Source of the DNA: Pseudodesulfovibrio piezophilus C1TLV30
Lineage (GTDB): Bacteria > Desulfobacterota > Desulfovibrionia > Desulfovibrionales > Desulfovibrionaceae
Direction: 5' to 3'
Length of the DNA: 32,000 nucleotides
Assembly (NCBI RefSeq): GCF_000341895.1
Contig: NC_020409.1
Location: forward strand, 2,880,001 to 2,912,000
Below, piece after piece: positions 26,139-32,000 of this stretch. The notes beneath the pieces are model-generated. The model did no database searches, was not told the origin of the DNA, and worked only from the letters and a program-made list of their open reading frames with translations. The translations under genes and the position numbers were made by a program. How positions within the stretch are numbered: the stretch's first letter is position 1; every line of letters begins with the position of its first letter.

Positions 26139-28091
26139 ATGTTTGAAGTCTTCCACAATCTGCGAATTCGGAACAAGCTGTTTCTGGCATATTCCTTTGC
26201 CTTCTTTTTGGTGTTTCTTATTGGTGGTGGCATTGTTTATTCCCAGGTTCGGAGCATTGTGCAAAAGAGCATCAATACCGAACTGACCAGAACAACGGAA
26301 ACCATCAGAAACATGCTGCGCACCAGCGTGGATGTGTCCATCAGGAATTACATGCGTGCTGTTGCCGAAAAAAACCTCGAATTGGCAGGAGCGCTCCACC
26401 GTCAGGCTTTACGTGGCCTGATTTCCGAGGAGGAAGCAAAAAAACGGGCCAGGGATGCTTTCCTTTCCCAGACCATAGGCAAGACCGGGCATATATATTG
26501 TTTGAACAGTGACGGTGTCATGGTGGTCCATCCCAAGCGGAGGTTAGTGGGGGTGGATTTGTCAACGCAGCATTTCGTGAAGGAGCAGATACGTCGCAAG
26601 AAAGGGTATCTTGAGTATGATTGGAAAGAACCGCTGGAGACTGTGTCCCGTCCAAAAGCCATTTCCATGGCTTATTTTGCTCCGTGGGATTGGATTATTT
26701 CTGCCACTGCCTACCGGGATGAATTTCAGAAGCTGGTGAATATTTCCGATTTCAAGAAAAGGATCCTTCAACTCGGGTTCGGTCAATCCGGGTATCCCTT
26801 TGTCCTGGATTACAACGGCAACATGCTGATTCACCCCTTCATGGAAGGGAAACATTTCAGCGAATACGGGGACCCGGCTCTCAGCGCTATTGCGCGGAGG
26901 ATCATCTCCGAACGAGAAGGACAATTCGAATACCAGTGGAAGAATCCCGGAGAGCCTCAATTGCGCAGGAAGATTGTTTATTTCAGAGCCATCCCCGAGA
27001 TGCGATGGGTGGTCGCTTCCTCCTCCTATTATGATGATTTTAAGAAACCGCTTTACGCCGTACGGGATGTTATTCTTATGGCTCTGGCTGCGGGAGTGCT
27101 GCTGATGATCCCCCTGTCCATGTGGATAGGATCAATCATTACTCGTCCTCTGGGGGGGCTTGGCAGGAGCTTTGCCCGTGCTGCTGACGGGGATTTCTCG
27201 GTTCGGATGACCCGGCAGTCCGGAGATGAACTGGGAACCCTGGCCCTGTATTTCAATAGCTTCATGGAAAAACTCACTGAATACAGTGAGAGCTTGCAAA
27301 ATGAGATTACGGTTCGCAAGGAAGCCGAAGAAAAACTCATCGCGCTGGACAAGGCCAAAACGTTGTTTCTCTCTTCGGCATCCCATGAACTGCGGACCCC
27401 ACTGACCTCTATCATTGGATTCCTGCGTCTCATGGAGAAGAATTTTACCAAACGCTTCCAGCCCTATTTATCGAGAGAACCGGAGATGCGGAGTCATGCG
27501 ACTCGGTTCAAGGATAACCTCGGTGTGGTTCGAGGTGAAGCTGATCGACTTGGCCGATTGGTCAATGATCTGCTGGATCTGAACAAGATAGAGGCCGGGC
27601 ATATGGAGTGGCGGGATGAAGTCCTGACGGTTCGCTCTGTACTGACTCGCGCCGGGCAGGCCATTGAAGCTCAGGCCAGACAGAAAGCCGGAGTCGATTT
27701 CATGGTGGATACGACCGAAGGAGGGCAGTCTCTGCTGGCGGATGCAGATCGTCTTCATCAAGTCCTCATCAATTTGCTGAACAATGCTTTCAAATATACT
27801 GAGACAGGGCATGTGATTTTGGGTGCATCCAGAACAAAGCACGAACTGGTTTTTTTTGTTACGGATACAGGTCGTGGCATTCCTGAGGAAGATCAGGAAA
27901 AGGTGTTTGATATTTTTTATCAGGTCAATGATCCGAATATGCGTTCCAGTAAAGTTTTCGGAACCGGACTTGGGCTGGCGATTAGCAGACAGATCGTCCA
28001 GCACTATGGCGGGCAGATGCAAGTCGAGTCGACTCTTGGGATGGGAAGTACTTTCAAATTCACGATTCCCGTGGGGCCGGTCAGGGGCTGA
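26139..28091 (+). CDS. Sensor histidine kinase with a double-Cache-like periplasmic domain, HAMP, HisKA and HATPase_c
   Basis: It starts 3 nt after the PBP1 stop. Two TM segments bracket a ~280-aa extracytoplasmic region. The H-box is SSASHELRTPLTSIIGF, the N-box LINLLNNAFKYT, G1 DTGRGIP and G2 GTGLGLAISRQIV. There is no receiver domain. Confidence 0.9.
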   Translation: MFEVFHNLRIRNKLFLAYSFAFFLVFLIGGGIVYSQVRSIVQKSINTELTRTTETIRNMLRTSVDVSIRNYMRAVAEKNLELAGALHRQALRGLISEEEAKKRARDAFLSQTIGKTGHIYCLNSDGVMVVHPKRRLVGVDLSTQHFVKEQIRRKKGYLEYDWKEPLETVSRPKAISMAYFAPWDWIISATAYRDEFQKLVNISDFKKRILQLGFGQSGYPFVLDYNGNMLIHPFMEGKHFSEYGDPALSAIARRIISEREGQFEYQWKNPGEPQLRRKIVYFRAIPEMRWVVASSSYYDDFKKPLYAVRDVILMALAAGVLLMIPLSMWIGSIITRPLGGLGRSFARAADGDFSVRMTRQSGDELGTLALYFNSFMEKLTEYSESLQNEITVRKEAEEKLIALDKAKTLFLSSASHELRTPLTSIIGFLRLMEKNFTKRFQPYLSREPEMRSHATRFKDNLGVVRGEADRLGRLVNDLLDLNKIEAGHMEWRDEVLTVRSVLTRAGQAIEAQARQKAGVDFMVDTTEGGQSLLADADRLHQVLINLLNNAFKYTETGHVILGASRTKHELVFFVTDTGRGIPEEDQEKVFDIFYQVNDPNMRSSKVFGTGLGLAISRQIVQHYGGQMQVESTLGMGSTFKFTIPVGPVRG

Positions 28092-28141
28092 ACGGGACAT
28101 TGAGAATACCAAGGCTGTCAACTGAAAATTTGGCAGCCTTT

Positions 28142-28927
28142 TCAATAGATGCCTCGGTCGCGGTACAGGCGGGCAACACTAAATTCGACAATGATGAACA
28201 GGATGATGGGGACAGTCAGAAAGACCAACGTCATCAGCGCACCGGTGCTTCGGTCTGAGGACGTGAGGTAGGGAACCAGATAGCCGGTAAAGGAATCCAC
28301 GGCCCCGCCACCGATAAGGAACACCAGAAAGTATTCGGAGAAAGCAACGAGAAAGACCACTGACCCTCCAGCAATGGCTGAAGGCATGAGTAGAGGCAGG
28401 TCTATTCGCAGCAGGCATTGGAGTGGGGATGCCCCGAGATTGCGAGCGCAGAGTTCATAGTCTTCGCCAATGGCCTGATATCCGGCAGTCAAGGCCCTGA
28501 GCATATAGGGATAACTGAAAATGGTCAGGACCAGCACCACTCCTGGAAATGAATCGGCAAGCCCCGCCTTGATAAAGAGGAAGTGGACTCCCATGGAAAA
28601 AGTCATGGCCGGGACCAGGGCTGGTGCGAGGAATATCCCTTCAAGAAATTGTTTGCCGCGAAACTGTTGTCTGGCAAAGTGGTGGGCCGGTGCAACACAG
28701 ATCAGGAATGACAAGGCAACTGTCAGTAGTGAATATGCCAGGGATGAAGCGAGGTGGCGCATGACAGGTTCTGACTGTGAAGCCAGATACTGGAGTGCCC
28801 GCATGTCGAAATGAGTGGGAATCACATGGGGGAAACGCCACCCCGGTGCCACGGCGTAGAGCACAAGCACACCAAGAGGAAGTATGGCAGCCAAGGCAAT
28901 ACTGAAGAGAATGAGACGTGCTCTCAC
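28142..28927 (-). CDS. ABC transporter permease
   Basis: 261-aa six-TM ORF with the EAA-loop-like sequence ELCARNLGASPLQCLLRIDLPLLMPSAI. Its GTG start overlaps the upstream permease stop (GTGA). Confidence 0.85.
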   Translation of the reverse strand: MRARLILFSIALAAILPLGVLVLYAVAPGWRFPHVIPTHFDMRALQYLASQSEPVMRHLASSLAYSLLTVALSFLICVAPAHHFARQQFRGKQFLEGIFLAPALVPAMTFSMGVHFLFIKAGLADSFPGVVLVLTIFSYPYMLRALTAGYQAIGEDYELCARNLGASPLQCLLRIDLPLLMPSAIAGGSVVFLVAFSEYFLVFLIGGGAVDSFTGYLVPYLTSSDRSTGALMTLVFLTVPIILFIIVEFSVARLYRDRGIY

Positions 28928-29811
28928 AGTTTTCGGTCCTTTGCACTCAATCGTGCGGCCAGACGTGTATAGATGACAATGAAAGCCAGGGAAAAGAGGA
29001 ACATGCAGATTAAAAGAGCCATGGCTTGGGGACGATTGGAAAGATCACGACGAAAATAGAGATTGAAGGCTTCGATGCTGAGCATGCTTGGAGAGCTTTC
29101 ACTGAGAAGGTAGGGGATATCAAATGCCCCGAATGCATAGAGAAAAAGGATAATTGAAGCTGTGTTCAGTGCAGGGCGCATATGAGGAAGCATGATCTTG
29201 AAGAAAATGGTCATTGGCCCGGCCCCGAGCATGGAAGCGGTCTGGACCAGCCTCGGGTCTAGGCGCTTGAGGACGGCATGGGCAAGAATGATGACAAACG
29301 GGATTTCTTTGTACACATAAGCGAGTATCATGCCAGCCCCGGATCCCCCGTGGATCAGCGAGGGGAAATCCTGTGGTGTTTCCACTAAGCCTAGGAGGTT
29401 GCCGATGGAGGCTATCACTCCGGATTGACTCCAGAAGATCAGAACAATGAAGGCCACGGCAATGTGCGGGAGAATTAAGGGAATTTTGTACACGATCGAC
29501 ATGCGTTCCAGGGTGCTGGGCAGAAGCCATATGAGTGAAGCGAGAATTGCTCCGATGGAGACGGCGAGGACCATGGAAATCAATGCCACCCATATGGAAT
29601 GAATGGCGGCATCTATAATATGTGGCCGCACTAATTCTCCGTAAGCCGCGAACATGCCGCCTTCGGGAGGGATGGGGACCCAGTAGCCCAGAGATTGGAC
29701 CAGGGCTAGCGTCAACCCTCCCAGAAAGAGCACCATGAAAGGAATCAGCAGAGACGAAAGCTTGGTCAGCGTTCGTCCAGAAACAGGGTGCAGGCTCTTA
29801 CCTGAGGACAT
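28924..29811 (-). CDS. ABC transporter permease
   Basis: The ORF track extends to 29844. ATG 29811 follows GGAGGAAA and is more likely the start. The EAA loop is QTASMLGAGPMTIFFKIMLPHMRPAL. Confidence 0.85.
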   Translation of the reverse strand: MSSGKSLHPVSGRTLTKLSSLLIPFMVLFLGGLTLALVQSLGYWVPIPPEGGMFAAYGELVRPHIIDAAIHSIWVALISMVLAVSIGAILASLIWLLPSTLERMSIVYKIPLILPHIAVAFIVLIFWSQSGVIASIGNLLGLVETPQDFPSLIHGGSGAGMILAYVYKEIPFVIILAHAVLKRLDPRLVQTASMLGAGPMTIFFKIMLPHMRPALNTASIILFLYAFGAFDIPYLLSESSPSMLSIEAFNLYFRRDLSNRPQAMALLICMFLFSLAFIVIYTRLAARLSAKDRKL

Positions 29812-31015
29812 TTTCCTCCCAGCCCTTTTCCAGTGCCTCAACATACTCGGCAGGGATTTCCGGGAGGGAATTTTGTGTCAGAATATCGGGTTGCAGGGTT
29901 GCTGAGCCGAGTTCAACGCCTTCAAAGGCATGTCGGTTCTCTTCGGAGAGGGTGAGCATTTCAATGGCTGGAAAGTCCCCCCAGTTGCCGGGGTCAAGTT
30001 TGGAGAGTTGTGCTTCCGGCGAGAGCAGGAAATTGGAGACGACCATGGCTCCTGCCTTGTTGGGCGCATTGGCGGGAATCGCCGTGAAATGCAGATTGAA
30101 GAGAGCTCCTTCATGCATGACATAGGTGTGGATAGACTCGGGGTAGGAGCCATCCAGGATTTTCGATTGGGCATGAAGAGGATGATAGGACATGTTGATG
30201 CTTAATTCCCCTCGGGAGAACAGAGTGTCCATTTCTGCAGAGCTTTTGGGGTAGGATTTGCCTTTTTGCCACAGAAACGGTTTGAGCTCATTGAGGTACT
30301 CCCAAAGCTTGGGAGCTTGCCTGTTGAACAGTTCCTCATCCCATCCGTCCATATACTGCTGTGCTCCCCCGGTTGTGGCGTAAAAAGCCTGTCGGATGAA
30401 TGCGGAGCCGGTAAAATCAGGGGGCTGAGGGTACGTGAATTGGCCCGGATTTTCCCGAACCCATGAGGAAAGATCCAGGAAACTCGCCGGTGTTGTTGGC
30501 GTTGTCTGGGTATCATATTCGTAGACAAACTGGGCGCGTCCATAAGGAGCTTCAAATCCATCGACAGGATAACCGAAGTCAAAGGAGGCAAGAGATTTGT
30601 CCACATGTTTTATATAGTTCGGCAGTTTTTCGGCATAGGGACCAAAGAGCGTCCCGGCCTGTTTTGTCGTCTTGAAATTTTCGCCGTTGATCCAGAGCAG
30701 ATCAATGGATCCAATTGTCTTGCCCGCATCCTTTTCAGTCAGGAGTTTGTTGACAAAGACACTCGCGTCCATGGGGACACGAACCAGACTGATATCAAAG
30801 CGTTTTTTGACTTCTTGGGCAACGTATGTATCAACCCAGTTATTCACATGAGCGAAACCACCGTACATATAGAATCGGACAGTGCTTCCTTCTGCTGCTT
30901 TTTCGATCGATGTCCAGTTTTCATTGAGCAGTGCGGTCCCGTCCTGTTTTGGCGGTTCCTCGGCGCATCCTGCCAGAATGACTATCATCATGATGACGAT
31001 CAGTAATTTTTTCAT
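29798..31015 (-). CDS. ABC transporter substrate-binding lipoprotein (YnjB/COG4134-like, unknown ligand)
   Basis: The ORF extends to 31021; the second ATG at 31015 has better spacing from GGAG. The lipobox is MKKLLIVIMMIVILAGCA. The family guess rests on VRFYMYGG...NNWVD and overall size. Confidence 0.7.
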   Translation of the reverse strand: MKKLLIVIMMIVILAGCAEEPPKQDGTALLNENWTSIEKAAEGSTVRFYMYGGFAHVNNWVDTYVAQEVKKRFDISLVRVPMDASVFVNKLLTEKDAGKTIGSIDLLWINGENFKTTKQAGTLFGPYAEKLPNYIKHVDKSLASFDFGYPVDGFEAPYGRAQFVYEYDTQTTPTTPASFLDLSSWVRENPGQFTYPQPPDFTGSAFIRQAFYATTGGAQQYMDGWDEELFNRQAPKLWEYLNELKPFLWQKGKSYPKSSAEMDTLFSRGELSINMSYHPLHAQSKILDGSYPESIHTYVMHEGALFNLHFTAIPANAPNKAGAMVVSNFLLSPEAQLSKLDPGNWGDFPAIEMLTLSEENRHAFEGVELGSATLQPDILTQNSLPEIPAEYVEALEKGWEENVLR

Positions 31016-31027
31016 TGTCATTGACTC

Positions 31028-31969
31028 CTATTGGTTCTTGAAGACGAGATTCACTCTGTCGCCGCACCGAACATCACTGTCAGATGTGAAAACAATAAGT
31101 GAAACTCCCTCTGCTTCGATAGTATATTTGACGTAATGGCCTGCAAAAATGGCCTCTTTTATTTCGCCAATACCTTCTGCACAGGCTGTAATCTGTAAAT
31201 TTTCCGGGCGTGTGTAGTATTCTCCGTTCTGCTTATGCACACCCAATTTCTGCGCCAAAGCTTCCGGGAGTATGTTCACCGGTCCGAGAAAGCGTGCAAC
31301 ATCCAGACTGATGGGGGTGCCATAGATTTCCCTGGGCGGAGCGAATTGAGCCAGTCCCCCTTCGAGTATGACACCGACTTTATCCGACATCAAAAAGGCT
31401 TCCTCCTGATCGTGGGTTACGGCGATGGTCGTGACGCCGAATTCCTTCTGCGTGTCACGGATGAACTCGGCGGTTCGCAGCTTGAGGTTGCGATCAAGAT
31501 TCGCAAAGGGTTCATCCAGCAAAAGCATGGCGGGATTGACGATCATGGCACGGGCAATGGCGACGCGTTGCCTTTGTCCGGCAGACAAGGCAGCGGGATA
31601 TGCCTTTCTTTTTTCGGCCAGTTGGAAATACTCAAGGTGGGCCATGACCCGTTTTTCGATTTCTTTTCCTGAGACTTTTCGTGTGCGTAACCCAAAGGCC
31701 ACATTTTCAAAAACCGTCAGGGTTGGGAAGAGGAGATAATCCTGAAAAACGAGGATAATCGGGTTCTCCTTGCTCGGCAGATTCCCGAAATTCACCGTGC
31801 CCGAATCTGGTTCCTCCAGCCCGGCGATGATCTTGAGCAAGGTTGTCTTTCCCACGCCGGATGGACCGACAAAGGAAACGGCACAGCCTTCTTCAACCGT
31901 GAAGCTGATGTTCTTCAGGATTGGTTTGTTTCCAAAGGCCTTGTTCAGTTTTTTGATTTCAAGAAACAT
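31028..31969 (-). CDS. ABC transporter ATP-binding protein with a C-terminal TOBE-like domain (PotA/FbpC-like)
   Basis: Walker A GPSGVGKTTLL, signature LSAGQRQRVAIARA, Walker B LLLDEPFANLD and H-loop VTHDQEEA, plus a ~80-aa beta-rich C-terminal extension. Confidence 0.92.
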   Translation of the reverse strand: MFLEIKKLNKAFGNKPILKNISFTVEEGCAVSFVGPSGVGKTTLLKIIAGLEEPDSGTVNFGNLPSKENPIILVFQDYLLFPTLTVFENVAFGLRTRKVSGKEIEKRVMAHLEYFQLAEKRKAYPAALSAGQRQRVAIARAMIVNPAMLLLDEPFANLDRNLKLRTAEFIRDTQKEFGVTTIAVTHDQEEAFLMSDKVGVILEGGLAQFAPPREIYGTPISLDVARFLGPVNILPEALAQKLGVHKQNGEYYTRPENLQITACAEGIGEIKEAIFAGHYVKYTIEAEGVSLIVFTSDSDVRCGDRVNLVFKNQ

Positions 31970-32000
31970 TCTATTCCGTCCAGATATTGCCCTATGGTCT

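Noticed and set aside
28108-28141. Hairpin aaggctg...cagcctt between the kinase and permease genes, considered as a terminator
   Set aside because: It has only a 7-bp stem with a 16-nt loop and a poor T-tract. That is too weak to annotate, although some termination function is plausible.
1-32000. Scan for CRISPR arrays, tRNA/rRNA genes, toxin-antitoxin pairs, restriction-modification or other recognisable phage-defence genes
   Set aside because: I found no regularly spaced direct repeats, no T-loop/anticodon-arm-like structures in the intergenic regions, and no nuclease/helicase/methylase motifs typical of defence systems. This was an eye scan and cannot be exhaustive.

Overview
The window holds about 25 protein-coding genes and one IS200-type insertion sequence. 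I found no rRNA, tRNA or CRISPR array. Gene content (a c-heme chemoreceptor, Cache-domain sensors, many GGAGG-type ribosome-binding sites) suggests a Desulfovibrio-like sulfate reducer, but that is inference only. Layout: (1) 1-4.5 kb, a tightly coupled surface-glycan modification operon (methyltransferase-like, GT4 glycosyltransferase, membrane-anchored GDSH-motif protein, AlgI/DltB-type MBOAT). (2) 4.5-5.1 kb, an IS200/IS605-family element with tnpA only and matching subterminal hairpins. (3) 5.5-7.5 kb, an isolated B12-binding radical SAM gene between two gene-poor spacers. (4) 7.9-12.9 kb, a GNAT-rich block. Its core is a GNAT + RimK-type ATP-grasp fusion co-transcribed with a SET-domain methyltransferase, facing a convergent GNAT + nitrilase-superfamily fusion. 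This is my best candidate for an undescribed system, either an N-acetyl-peptide osmolyte pathway or a protein-modification cassette. (5) 13.2-19.0 kb, ion and osmotic homeostasis genes (CorA, MscS, CNNM/DUF21, large MscK-like channel). (6) 19.3-28.1 kb, a signalling cluster: a Cache-HAMP adenylate cyclase overlapping an orphan solute-binding protein, an MCP with a periplasmic CXXCH heme-c motif, and a PBP1-type binding protein with a double-Cache histidine kinase that has no response regulator nearby. (7) 28.1-32.0 kb, a four-gene ABC importer. The first ~7.8 kb is visibly more AT-rich than the rest. All functional calls rest on motifs read by eye; no database search was possible.
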